From the NCBI RefSeq assembly GCF_009914755.1, contig NC_060926.1: a stretch of DNA of 64,000 nt; one strand, given 5' to 3'. The stretch is from the human T2T-CHM13v2.0 reference genome, Homo sapiens. Positions 11,831 to 25,363 of the stretch are shown one piece after another. Each line of letters begins with the position of its first letter. The first letter of the stretch is position 1. Under the pieces are notes generated by a model. That model made no database searches and was not told where the DNA came from. It worked only from the letters and a program-made list of their open reading frames with translations. Position numbers and translations under genes: made by a program.

Positions 11831-14368
11831 ATATTAAAAATATCATTCATTATGACCAAGTAGGATTTATCACAGGTATGCAAGGATGGTTCCTCATATG
11901 CAAATCAATCAGTGTGATACATTATATCAACAGAATGAAAGGTGAAAGCTTTATGATTATTTCAACTGATGCTGAAAAAGCATTTGATAAAATTCAATAC
12001 ACATTCATGATAAAAGTCCTCAAAAAACTGGGAATAGAAGGAACATACCTCAATATAATAAAAGCCATATATGACAGACCCACAGCTAGTAACATACTGA
12101 ATGGGGAAAAACTGAAAACCTTTCCTCTAAAATCTAGAACATTACAAGGATACTCACTTTGACAATTATTATTCAACATAGTACTAGAAGTCCTAGTTAG
12201 AGCAATTAGACAAGAAAAAGAAATAAAGGGCATCCAAATTGGAAAGGAGGAAGTCAAATTATCCTTGTTTGCAGATGATATGATCTTATATTTGGAAAAA
12301 CCTAAAGACTCCACCAAAAAACTCTTAGAGCTAATAAATAAATTCAGTAAATTCAGCTAATAAATAAATTCAGTAAAGTTGCAGGATACAAAATCAACAT
12401 ACGAAAATCAGTAGCAACAGTGAACAATTTGAAAAAGAAATCAAAAAATAATTCTATTTACAATAGCCACAAATAAAATTAAATACCTAGGAATTAACCA
12501 AAGAAATCAAAGATCAATGAAAACTATAAAACACTGATGAATGAAATTCAAGAGGATACAAAAAAATGGAAAGACATTTCATGTTCATGGAGTGGAAGGA
12601 TCAATATTATTAAAATGTGCATACCACAGAAAACAATCTACAGATTTAATACAATCCCTATAAAAATACCAATCTTCACAAAATAGAAAAATCAATCCTA
12701 AAATTTATATGAAACCACAAAAGACACAGAATAGCCAAACCTATCCTAAATAAAAACAACAAAACTGGAGGAATCACATTACCTGATTTCAAATTATACT
12801 ATAGAGCTATAGTAGCCAAAACAGCATGGTACTGGCACAAAAAGAGACACAAAGACCAATGGAACAGAATAGAGAACCCAAAAACAAATCTACACACTTA
12901 TAGTAAACTCATTTTTTATAAAGGTGCCAAGAACATACACTGAGGAAAAGTCAGCCTCTTTAACAAATGGTGCTAGGAAAACTCAATATACAGATGCAGA
13001 AGAATCAAACCAGCCCCCTATCTCTCATTATGTATAAAAATCAAATAAAAATGAATTAAGGACTTAAATATAAGAATTCAAACTATAAAACTACTACAAA
13101 AAAATATTGGGGAAACTCCAGGACAATGGCCTGGGCAAAAATCTCTTTAACACCCCATGGGCACAGGCAATCAAAGCAAAAAATGGATAAATGGGATCAC
13201 ATGAAGTTATAAAAAACTTCTGCACAGCAAAGGAAACAATCAACAAAGTAAAGCGACAACCACAGCATAGGAGAAAATATTTGCAAACTACCCATCTGTC
13301 AAAGGATGAATAACCAGGATATATAAGGAGCTCAAACAACTCTATAGGAAAAAATCTACTGATCTAATCAAAAATGGGCAAAAGGTTTGAACAGACATTT
13401 CTCAAAAGAAGACATACATACGGCAAACAGGCATATGAAAAGGTGCTTAACATCATTGATCATCAGAGAAATGCAAATCAAAACTACAATGAGACATCAT
13501 TTCACCCCAGTTAAAACGGCTTATATCCAAAAGGCAGCCAATAACGAATGCTGGCAAGGATGTGGAGAAAAAGGAACCCTCATACACTGTTGGTGGGAAT
13601 GTAAATTAGTACAATCACTATGGAGAACAGTTTGTAGGTTCCTCAAAAAATGAAAAAATGAGCTATCATATGATTGAGCAATCCCACTACTGGTATATAC
13701 CCAAAAGAAAGGAAATCAGAGTATCTAAGAGATATCTGCACTCTCATGTTTGTTGTAGCTCTGTTCATAATAGCCAAGATTTGGAAGCAACCTAAGTGTC
13801 CATCAACAGATGAATGTATACAGAAAATGTGATACTTATACACAATGGAGTACTATTTAGCCATAAAAAAGAATGAGATTCTGTCATTTGCAATAACATG
13901 GATAGAACTGAAGGTCGTTATGTTAGGTGAAATAGGCCTGGCACAGAGGGACAAACATCACAGTTCTCATTTATTTGTGGGATCTAAAAATCAAACTAAA
14001 ATTGAACTCATGGAGATAGAGAGTAGACGGATGATTACCAGAAGCTGGGAAGGGCAGTGGGAGGGTTGGGAGGGGAAGGTGGGGATGGTTAATGGGCACA
14101 AGAAAATAAATAGAGCAAATAAATAAGACCTGGTATTTGATAGCACAACAGGGTGACTCTAGTCAAAATAATTTAATTGTACATTTAAAATAACTAAGAG
14201 TGTAATTGGATTGTTTGTAGCACAAAGGATAAATGCTTGCGGGGATGAATACCCCCTTTTTCATGATGTGTTTATTATGCATTGCATGCTTGTATTAAAA
14301 TATCTCATGTACCCCATAAATATGCACACCTATTTTGTACTCACAAGAATTAAAAATTAAAAAATAAA
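11831..14368 (+). mobile_element. 5'-truncated L1MA-like LINE-1 (RT domain to 3'UTR)
   Basis: MQGWF...[10 protein letters not shown], and LFADDM at about 12265. L1MA-type 3'UTR. TSD attcagcttcttgaat (11815-11830) / attcagcttgttgaat (14427-14442). Confidence 0.9.
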
Positions 14369-15619
14369 GCCCACCTCAGCTATGGGCAGACAAGAACAAG
14401 ACTAAAAATAAAATAAAATAAGAAAGATTCAGCTTGTTGAATCTAAGATTCAGTGAACACTTTCCAAAATCATACTAAAACATTTGGCCATGAAATGAAT
14501 TTTCCTATTCTTTCACTGCTTAAATGAGCACAGGGAAGGTGTTGAAAGAAAATAAAAACAAAGAGGAAGAAAAAGAAAAAGAAAAGTAAGAAAAGGTGGC
14601 TTTTAACTGTTACATGCATAGTAAGCACTTACTGATGTAATGAGAACCAATCAGAAGTTTTTTAGAATTTTCCCATCCTACCTTCCCCTCCTGACCTGGG
14701 CCTGCTGTTATACAGAAGATAATTCATGGTGGGAACACAGATGGAACCTCTTCCTTCCTATTACTTGATTGGACTTACAATCAGTTTTTCTGCTTATCAT
14801 TCTAATACCAGGTGAATTGGAAAAGGGCATGCAGTGCCAAGAACTTTGACTCACTGGATTGTTTACTGGCTTCCAGGAGATTTTTAAGAATAAGGGTGTG
14901 ATAAAGCCCCAGGAGAATACAAATCTCTAAGCAGAGAATTTTAGCAAAAGTTGCAGTGTCTGAAACTATGGCTGGGATAATTCATTCCTAATAAAATGCC
15001 GAGAAACCTGTGAGGCGCACAGCGGAAATCCATCTCTCTAGGAAGAAACTTTAGGAGGAAAAAATTATTTGGCTTTTAGGATCTCTCACAATCCCTTCTC
15101 TGCCAAATAACCTACACCAAAACTTCACATTGTCTCTTAATGAAGGGAGAATTCTTGAGGCTCCTAATTTCCAAGTTTCCATATCTTTGCATACTCCCCC
15201 TTAGAGATCTTAGGAGAGAGTACTTCTTACACTATACACATGTAAATAAGCTATAAGTACTTAGTTGCCTCTCCCTTGATACAGTAAAAGTAAAAGGTTG
15301 GAAATAAGGTTATAGTATTAGGGAAAAAAAGAAAAAAGCTTTTTCTTCAATATAGGCTTCATGGTGTTTCTCAGATAATATTTCTCATTTCTGGGTCTTT
15401 CCAAATGTTATTTCTGCTTCTTAAAATGCTGCCACATGGCTCTTTCCACTCCCTCATCTCTACCCTACTCTTATTTTTACCCACATGCATCCAAATCTGA
15501 TTCTGTCTTCTCTCCTTACCTTCCATATCCTTCCAGAAATCCTTCATGAATTACTCACCTGAACCTGCCCAGTGTCTTACACATTTGGTTTTACTTAATT
15601 CTTTATTCATATCTTAGTA

Positions 15620-15830
15620 ATCTTATTTATTCAGTAAACATGTATTGAGCAACTGCTACATATCAGGTACCATACAAGTCAGTAGAGATTCAAAGAGAAA
15701 CAAAAGACACATTCCTATCCTTAAATAACTTACAAGGACTTGGGGGAATACAAAACAAAACAAAACAAAACAAAACAAAACAAAACACAGAATTATAACA
15801 TAATATGACAATTGCTGTAAAAATAATTTT
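15620..15830 (-). mobile_element. L2 fragment containing (CAAAA)n at about 15751-15786
   Basis: 'tttattcagtaaacatgtattgagcaactgctac' is the antisense L2 3' end. Confidence 0.6.
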
Positions 15831-16779
15831 CAGGTATACCTTATACCTGTGGGTTTTGTCTCCTCATCTTAATTTTGAACTTCTTAACTATGTGTCTGCC
15901 CTTTGAAGAATGCTCAGGCCAGAGACAGCAGTCGATAATATTGTGAACTGAAGAAACGAGACAGATGCTAAGCCCTCAGCTAAATATAACATGTCCAAAT
16001 TCACATCAGAGGTTTGAGCCCAGCCATATTCTGTGTGTGAAAACATCTGGACCAAAAGAGGTGCAAGAAGCTTATTTACTGGTGTCAGTGAAAATACTAA
16101 AAGTGATTTTCCTAGCATTTTTGGAACCTCGTTGAAGAGGGGGTAGAGTAGATAAAATCTCAGAAACATGGGATTTACAAAGCCTTAATTTCTGTCTCTT
16201 ACCAAATGTTATGTTAAACTCTATGGGGACAACTCAATCCTTACAAATGTTGTACAACAATACACTGAATAATGTGATGTTTGGAAAGTGTCTCCTGATG
16301 GGGTCAAAATATCCCAGAAGACAATTGGGCCAGTGTTAGACTTTCTGCCTTTGGAGGCATGTTGTGGTTGGCTGGGCAGGGAAGGAGGACAAGTGGAACC
16401 AGTGGGCCTCCAGCTCCTTCACTGGAAACTCCTGTGCTGACCAGCACTGTGGCCTGGGACTCAGAGCAAGCTTCCCCACCCATCTTTGCACTGCAGCTCA
16501 GTATGAAACACTAAAAGGATAACATAGAGATTACCAGTTGAGGCCGTTCCCAAAGCAGTATTATGTAATTCATGCATTGGATCATTGGATCCTTCCCATG
16601 GAGCAGGATCCAATTAGGCAGCCTAGGAATTTTATTCCAGTTTCATCCATGGAAAAAATGAGGTATAGAGAAATTAAGTAACAAATGTTTATAAACACAC
16701 GGCTGGCAAATTCTACCACCAGTATCTCATAGAGGTTGAGAGAGGCCTATGCCATTCCATACTTTGAAAAAATGTATAA

Positions 16780-17134
<355 letters not shown>

Positions 17135-17489
17135 GAAAATTGTTTTTATGTAACTAATAAACATTATTAATACTGTAAGAACATCCAATGCAAAAAATTG
17201 TGGCATTATAAAGTATAGGAATATATACATATAAATAATTTTTGTGGCATTATACAGAAATATATGTATAATAGATGTATCTGTGCATGTGCCTGTTTGT
17301 GTGTTTATATTACAGTGCACTCCAGATGATAGAGCCTGGTAAAGGTCACATGTGCAATGCTGTACAACAGATACATGATGGGAAGCAAACTCTTGTTTAT
17401 TTTTGCAACAGCAATTTTCTCATTGGCAACAATGTTCTCAGTCTTAGAAAATAATAAAAATGAAATATTATTGACCTAGTCTAATCACA

Positions 17490-18767
17490 CTAGGTTGGTG
17501 CAAAAGTAATTGTGGTTTTTGCATTGTTGAAATTTGCCATTTGATATTGGAATACATTCTTAAATAAATGTAGTTATTTTATATATTATTTTAATGCCCA
17601 TTTATTGCTTTCTGGTTTTTTTGCTAATGATTTATTACTTGCTGTTTATTTTATATTTATTTTACACTATGGAAATGATGTTAGACAAAAAGAAAATTCG
17701 AGTGATTTTCTTGAGTCCAAGATGAGTCATAAAGCAGCAGAGACAACTCACAACATCAAGTATGTATTTGGCCCAGGAACCGCTAACAAACATACAGTGC
17801 GGTGGTGGCTCAAGAAGTTTTGGAAAGGAGACAAGAGCCTTGAAAATGAGGAGCCTAATGGCCGGCCACAGGAAGTTGACAACAACCAACTGAGAGCAAT
17901 CATCTGAGCTGAACCTTTCAGAACTATACAAGAAGCTGCTGAAGAACTCAGCGTTGACCATTCCTAGGATCATTTGGCATTTGAAACAAATTGTAAAGGT
18001 GAAAAAGCTCAATAAGTGGGTGCCTGATGAGCTGACCAAAAATACAAAAGTTTGTTGTTTTGAAGTGTTGTTTTCTCTTAGTCTATGCAAAAACAACAAA
18101 CAATTTCTCAATTGCATTGTGACAGGCCCTGAAAAGGGGATTTTATATGACAATCGATGACGACCAGCTCAGTGGCTGGACCGAGAAGAAGCTCCAAAGC
18201 ACTTCCCAAAGCGAAACTTGCACCAAAAAAGGTCATGGTCGCTGTTTGGTGGTCTGCAGCCGGTCTGATCCCTTAAAGCTTTCTGAATCCCAGTGAAGTC
18301 ATTGCATCTGATAACTATGTTCAGCAAATCAATGAGATGCACCAAAAACTGCAATGCCCACAGCTGGCACTGGTCAACAGAAAGGGCCCAATTCTTCTTC
18401 ACAACAACTCCCGACCACACGTTGCACAGCCAATGCTTCAACAGTTGAACTAATTGGGCTACGAAGTTTTGCCTCATCTGCCGTATTCACCTGACCTCTT
18501 TCCAAATGACTACCACTTCTTCAAGCAGCTCAACAACTTTTTTCAGGGAAAATGCTCCCACAACCAGCAGGATGCAGAAAATGCTTTCCAAGAGTTCATC
18601 AAATCCCAAAACATGGATTTTTACGCTACAGGAATAAAACTTACTTCTTGTTGGCAAAAATGTGTTGATTGTAATGGTTTCTATTTTGGTTATTAATGTG
18701 TTTGAGCCTAGTTATAATGATTTTACCTTCACGGTCCAAAACTGCAATTACTTTTGCACTAACCTAA
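17490..18767 (+). mobile_element. Full-length Hsmar1 mariner DNA transposon (decayed)
   Basis: TIRs taggttggtgcaaaagtaattgtggtttt and aaaactgcaattacttttgcactaacctaa, with TA on the right. About 1.28 kb. Confidence 0.95.
17669..18693 (+). pseudogene. Hsmar1 transposase pseudogene (frameshifted)
   Basis: Starts MEMMLDK. Fragments FGPGTANKHTVRWW, KKLNKWVPDEL, IVTGPEKG, LHNNSRPH and PYSPDLFPNDY lie in different frames with stops. Confidence 0.92.
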
Positions 18768-18769
18768 TA

Positions 18770-19183
18770 TTATTATGTTCCTTGTCATGGTACCCAATTC
18801 TAGCCAAAAAGACCTTAAGGGAAATTAACAGGGGGTTCCTGGGAGATATTTTCCTTCCTAAAAATAGAGGGCCTTAGAGAAGGTGAAGATTTTTCTCCCC
18901 TTCTGGCTCTTCCTACTTTGGAACATGCTGTGTGAGAATATGATGTCTGGAGCTGTGGCAGTCATTTTGAAATAATGAAGTGGCAATACTGAGAACAAAC
19001 CCAAGCATGAATGATATCAGAGTGAAAAGATGGGAAAGCCTGGGTCTGTCCTTGATGACTTTACGAACCCACAAACACTGCCAGCTTGTGACCATTTTAT
19101 TATTTAAAACAGTAACTTCTAAAAACTTAAGAAACAGCTTAGTTGGGATTTTTCTTGCTTGTAGTTAGAAGCATCTTAAGTAT
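18770..19183 (+). mobile_element. MLT1K/J-like MaLR LTR remnant, probably the host of Hsmar1
   Basis: 'acccaattctagccaa...tgatgtctggagctgtggcagtcattttg...cttgtagttagaagcatc'. Confidence 0.6.
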
Positions 19184-21937
19184 TATGTCCTTCTTTCAAT
19201 GTTGTTCATGATTTTATGTAAAACTTCTTTTGGAGAGAATATTAACATACAAATTGCAGGCCTCTTGTGAATATGAAGCCAGAGCCAGCTGCCCTCCCTG
19301 CCCACCCCACTGATAAACTTTCTCTTTCCATAGAAATCAGGCCAGTGGTTCTGAGCATCCAGCCTCCAGGCCAGTGTTCTGTGACATAGCATCCCATGAG
19401 ACCACCGTAAGAGTCACCTGGACTTCCTATCACTCAAAGAACCAAGAATCTTGTACCACGTTCATCTCTCTCCAACAACACGAATTCTACGATAAAAATC
19501 CATTTCAGTATGGCAAGATTTTTTAAGTCCACCTAGCTGGTGTTGAGAATAACTCGAGGCAGAGGACGTTCAATGAAAGCAGAATAACTTTTCCTTCTTG
19601 ATTGGATATGCAGTAAAGATAAATGATAAACCACTTCAGAGGTACATAGAATTATGCTCATTTTATGACTCCTTTCTTCTTAGGATCTCAGAGCAATTAT
19701 GTAAAGAATGCTCATGTTCACATTATACTAAGGTACTACATATCTGCACAAGAAAAAGAGAAGCTCATTCGCTGCCCTTCCCTCCACTCACTTTGTGTGT
19801 GGTGTGTGGGTGTACTTAAACAGTGTGCCTATTTATATTCAATCACATATGGACGCTATATATGAATTAGGTATCTATAATGCAGATATTTTAAATATTT
19901 GTTTACCACCAACTGTTTAACTGGGATTTCCATGAATAGAATAAAAGATGTATGTGCTAAATATATATGTAGTTGTATATGGGTATCTGGTACAATTTAC
20001 TATTATTTCTTTTTATGGGCCAAGCAGGAAAAAAAGAAAACCAAATATTCTAAATAAATTTTGTCCATTTCCATTTCCCATACCATGAAACAATATGCTT
20101 AATACACAATAAACACGATTTTTAAGGGAAAAGAAAGAGAGGATATTATCTATAGAAAGATGAAAGCCCAATTTTTTAGAAGTCACAATGGCTAATTATT
20201 ATTCATTCTTTTTGTAGAAAATATTTGCATGTTTAAGTCCAACATACATGTAAATATTTTAAACAAACAAAAACATGCCAGGGATAACAATAAACTATTT
20301 CTGAGTTGGGGAGAAAAAAAGCCTGCCAGGAGTAGGCATGTATATTTTTAAGCATACTGCTTCAAAAAGCAGGATGTCAGGATGTTGCATCTTTAATTTT
20401 TCTGTTAATTATGGATTGAGCATTGTTGTGAATCTTGTCCTCAAAACCAAGCTCAGAAAATAAGAGCAGATGCTCATCCCCAGGTTTGGCTCATATGGGA
20501 ATTGAATGGAACATATTGGTTTATAATTAATGTAATTTGTTGGATTATCTTTTGTGAAGGAGCGAAGGTAAACAACCTTGCAGCATTGTGGTAATATCTT
20601 CAGAGCTTGGAGCTTCTATAGTTATGGAGGGAAAAAAGAATGAAAATGAAAAAAAAAAAAAATCTCTTCCTGCAAGATTACAGAGAATTTTGAAATGTCT
20701 GTCACATTCAAATGTACTTTAATTAATTCAAAGGAAAGAATTAGGTGAGAGACCCTAAAGCTAATTACAAATAGTATGTAAACTAGAAGCCATTGGTTTC
20801 CCAATGGAGAATTTTGATAAACTGGATTTTCTTTTCTATTTGCTTTAACTTTATTACAGAATAAGTAGGGAAATGGAAGAGAATATTTTCCCTTCTCTCT
20901 AATCAGAAAATTGGGCACAGCACAAAATTCATCGATTTGGTTCTTTCCCCTTGGGAGACATTCTGTTACTAACAAGAAATATACAATTTTTTTTTCCCAA
21001 GAAAAAGTCTTTGTTCTCTTCCTCATACCCTTAGAGGTAGAGATGTTATCTTCACTTTGAATAAACTCATTTGTGAAGAAAGTAACCATAAGCCTTTCTA
21101 CACACAAGGAAGCCAGGAAGGATAAATGCCCTTTGGTGTGACCTTTCCCAATCATAAAATATTTCCTCTGCCTCACATTAACCATGAGTATGTATGCATA
21201 ACTTTGGATCTGACAATCTTTGAATGTCAATTTTGATATTGCATCACCTGAATTTTCATTTTGATATTTTTCTGTACATTATATGTCATTTTTAAAATTG
21301 AGTTTCTTAGCTTCTAATATCGAGTTTGAAACTTTTTGTGAACTTTCTATGAGTAAGAGGAAGTAAATTTTAATTGACCATTCACTTTTTAAAATATTTT
21401 CTTATATTTGATTGCTAAAATTATTCTTTCCAAAATCTCATAACTAGAAACCTAGTTTACAGCATCACAAGTCCAGAATATGGGAGTATTTTTTTAAAGG
21501 GAAGAAGCAGGAGAGTGAAGACATTAAAAAATTAACTTAAAAGCAAATGTGCATCTCTTTTAGAAGCAATTACATAAATAATAGTAATTCTATTTTTATT
21601 GTCTGAAATGAATAATCAGATTTTATCTTAGAGATTATTTTCTCTGGAAGCATTTTCACATTACCACATCACCCACAACTACCAAAGAATGATTTAAGGG
21701 CTTTTCTGGGGCGGGGGGTATACATTTAAAATACCCAGTCTTTTACCATGTGGTATTATTTACCACACCCTGATAGAATTGCACGCCTATTTGTCTACTC
21801 TACTTAAACTGTGAGCTCTTTAAAGAAAGAATCCTTCTTTTATTTATCATTATGTTAGTGTATGACATTTTATCGTACTCTAAATTTGTTGAAACAGTGA
21901 AAAACATGGGGTATATAACCTGACCCTAAAAATTTAG

Positions 21938-22241
<304 letters not shown>

Positions 22242-23002
22242 GGAAATTTTTAAAAAATTAGCACCAATCCTTAAGATCTTTATTTTGGAGTGTAGCCATA
22301 TTTATGGAAGTCCTAGGAAACCAGAAAGCTGACAAGCAAGGTGACATTAAATTCCTTATGATATTCTTAATTTCCTGGATCACCTGTTAGAAGTCTGGAG
22401 CAGAGCAAGGGGAAAGTCTTAGTTAATTCAATAATATCTGTCGCCTATTGAAAACTGAATGGCACACAGTGGAATTGTTAGGGATGATCCCTGCTTTGTA
22501 GCTAGAGAGACACAGCTAACATGAAACATCAGCTACTGGTAAAAGATGGTATATAATTAAGTATTAAATTCAGTAGTATATGCTTTCCTAAACTATAGGT
22601 TTATAGAAAAGAAGAAAAGTCTTTTAGAGGTATCAAAAATAAAGACATCAGGGAGAACATCAAACATAGATGACTTGCACCGGTTGGTATTAGCTCTGAC
22701 CAGGTACTGTGCTAGACTCCTTTTTTTTTTTTTTTTTTTTTTTTGTTTTTGAGATGGAGTCTCACTCTGTCGCCCAGGCTGGAGCGCTATGGCATGATCT
22801 TGGCTCACTGCAACCTCTACCTCCCGGTTCAAGTGATTCTCCCGCCTCCGCCTCCTGAGTAGCTGGGATTACAGGCGCCCACTGCCACACTCAGCTAATT
22901 TCTTGTATTTTTATTAGAGACGGGGTTTCACCATTTTGACCAGGCTGGTCTCAAACTCCTGACCTCAGGTGATCTGCCCACCTTGGCCTCTCAAACTGCT
23001 GG

Positions 23003-23974
23003 TGTGTCCAGAATTGGTTCCTTCTGCTGGGTTCTTGGTCTTGCTGACTTCAAGAATGAAGCCATGGACCCTCGCAATGAGTGTAACAGTTCTTGAAGAT
23101 GCTGTATCCGGAGTTTGTTCCTTCCAGTGCTCAGACGTGTCCAGTTTCTTCCTTCCGGTGGGTTCGTGGTCTCACTTGACTTCATGAGTGAAGCTGCAGA
23201 CCTTCCCAGTGAGTGTTACAGCTCTTAAAGCTGGTGCATCCGGAGTTGTTTCTTTCTTCCAGTGGGCTCGTGGTCTCGCTAACTTCAGGAGTGAAGCTGC
23301 AGACTTTTGTAGTCAGTGTTACAGCTCTTAAAGGTGGCATGTCCGGAGTCGTTCATTCCTCCCAGTGGGTTTGTAGTCTCGCTGGCTTCAGGAGTGAAGC
23401 AGCAGACCTTCCTGGTGAGTGTTACAGCTCATAAAGGTAGTGCGGACCCAGAGTGCACAACAGCAAGATTTATTACAAAGAGTGAAACAACAAAGCTACC
23501 ACACCCTGGAAGGTGACCCTAGCAGTCGCCTCTGGTGGCTTAGGTGGCCTGCTTTTATTCCCTTACTTGGCCCCACCCACGTCCTGCTGATTTGTCCATT
23601 TTACAGAGTGCTGATTGGTCCATTTTACAGAGTGCTGATTGGTCTGTTTTACAGAGTGCTGATTGGTCTGTTTTTACAGAGTGCTGATTTGTGTGTTTAC
23701 AAACCTTTAGCTAGACACAGAGCGCCCACTGGTGCATTTACGATCCTTTAGCTAGACAGAAAAGTTACCCAAGTCCCCTACCCAATTAGTTAGACACAGA
23801 GCACTGATTGGTGTGTTTACAAACATTTAGCTAGATACAGAGTGCTGATTGGTTCATTTACAATCCTTTAGCTAGACACAGAGCACTGATTGGTGCATTT
23901 ACAATCCTATAGCTAGACAGAAAAGTTCTCCAAGTACCCACCCAACCCAGACGCCCAGCCAGCTTCACTTCTCA
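23003..23974 (-). mobile_element. Solo LTR12 (ERV9) long terminal repeat
   Basis: TG...CA termini, 4-bp TSD ctgg (22999-23002 and 23975-23978), tandem 'agagtgctgattgg' U3 repeats and 'gtgagtgttacagctc' U5 repeats. Confidence 0.95.
23550..23900 (-). promoter_or_regulatory. LTR12 U3 promoter/enhancer: clustered CCAAT (NF-Y) boxes and AATAAA box
   Basis: Six intact ctgattgg (CCAATCAG on minus) between about 23610 and 23893, plus tttatt at 23554-23559. The layout matches the ERV9 LTR promoter. Activity is not shown by the sequence. Confidence 0.6.
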
Positions 23975-24307
23975 CTGGGATTACAGTTGTGAGCTCTGCG
24001 CCCAGCCAGGTTCTCTTTTAATCCTCATCGTCTCATTCTCATGCTGCACAGTTACTTTCCCATAGTAACATCAAACATTAATGTTATATCTGGTTTTGAA
24101 CTCTGGTTCTTTTATAATACTGTAAGATAACTGACAGAATATCCAGAAAGAAACAGAGAAATGAATTAAAAATCATCCCGTAAAGAAAAGGGCAGGAGTA
24201 AGTAGATGAAAACTACTAGAGTGCCATTTCACTAAGGACTAGAGTACCTTTTCACTAAGGACAAAGAAGTAGACAGTTTCAAGAATGAATTACAATAAAA
24301 ATTGTCA

Positions 24308-24627
<320 letters not shown>

Positions 24628-25329
24628 CCCTGAAAAATGGCCAGTGTTCAAGGAGACTGCATTTGTCTTTATAGCTGACAACAAAGATGGTGATTTTTTA
24701 AAAAAGATAAGTGAGTAGGATGAAAACCATGCTGCAGAGGTAAGGACAGGAGTGATGATGGGGAAGCAACATAGATAGAGGTCTGTCACAAAAATAAAGT
24801 GGATAGAAATTGACTGGAAGCCAGAGTGGTACTAAGGTCAAGTAAAGCTCTTTGTCAAAGTAGGAGATGCACATTATTAAAACTAAAGGAGAAAGAAATG
24901 GAATGGAGAAGAAAGGAACAAGTAAGGAGCAAAATGATCAATCAAATGATCGGGGTGAAGCTAGCACTTCTGAGAGTCTGCTGAGATGGAAATTTGGAGA
25001 GATGTCTGTAGAAGTGGAAGAAAATAGGGTGAGATGAAGATAAGAAACAATGAGGGATAGCCTTGATCTTTTTATTTTAAGAACAAGGTGAGCTCACCAG
25101 CTGAAAAAAAGGAGAAGGCAGGAAAGTATTTAAGGCTGGGAAATAACCTAAGTCTGTTGCAGCTGAATTGAGAACGATGAAAATACTCTTTCCACAAAAC
25201 CATCTACATAAACCTAACTGCTTACAAGGTATCTTCCTTCCTGATCAAATATTATTATGATTATTTGGCTCTTAGAAATCCCCAAAGGACTTTAGAATAA
25301 TCTGCATGGCATGAAATGGCAAGGTCTTC

Positions 25330-25363
<34 letters not shown>

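Larger units (their letters stand above)
22721..24007 (-). mobile_element. AluS SINE split by LTR12 (22721-23002 and 23975-24007)
   Basis: The Alu reads '...caaactgctgg' and resumes 'ctgggattacag...gcccagcc' after the LTR. Confidence 0.93.

Noticed and set aside
15831-15849. 8-bp inverted repeat caggtata-cct-tatacctg
   Set aside because: Short enough to arise by chance in 64 kb, with no supporting context.
17605-18696. Possible SETMAR exon or active transposase
   Set aside because: Both TIRs are present, the ORF is frameshifted with stops and lost catalytic residues, and there is no SET-domain exon nearby. It is a dispersed dead copy.
25335-25357. Isolated ~22-nt poly(A) run as a possible retrocopy tail
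   Set aside because: No upstream AATAAA, no convincing TSD and no recognisable element. Treated as a mononucleotide repeat.
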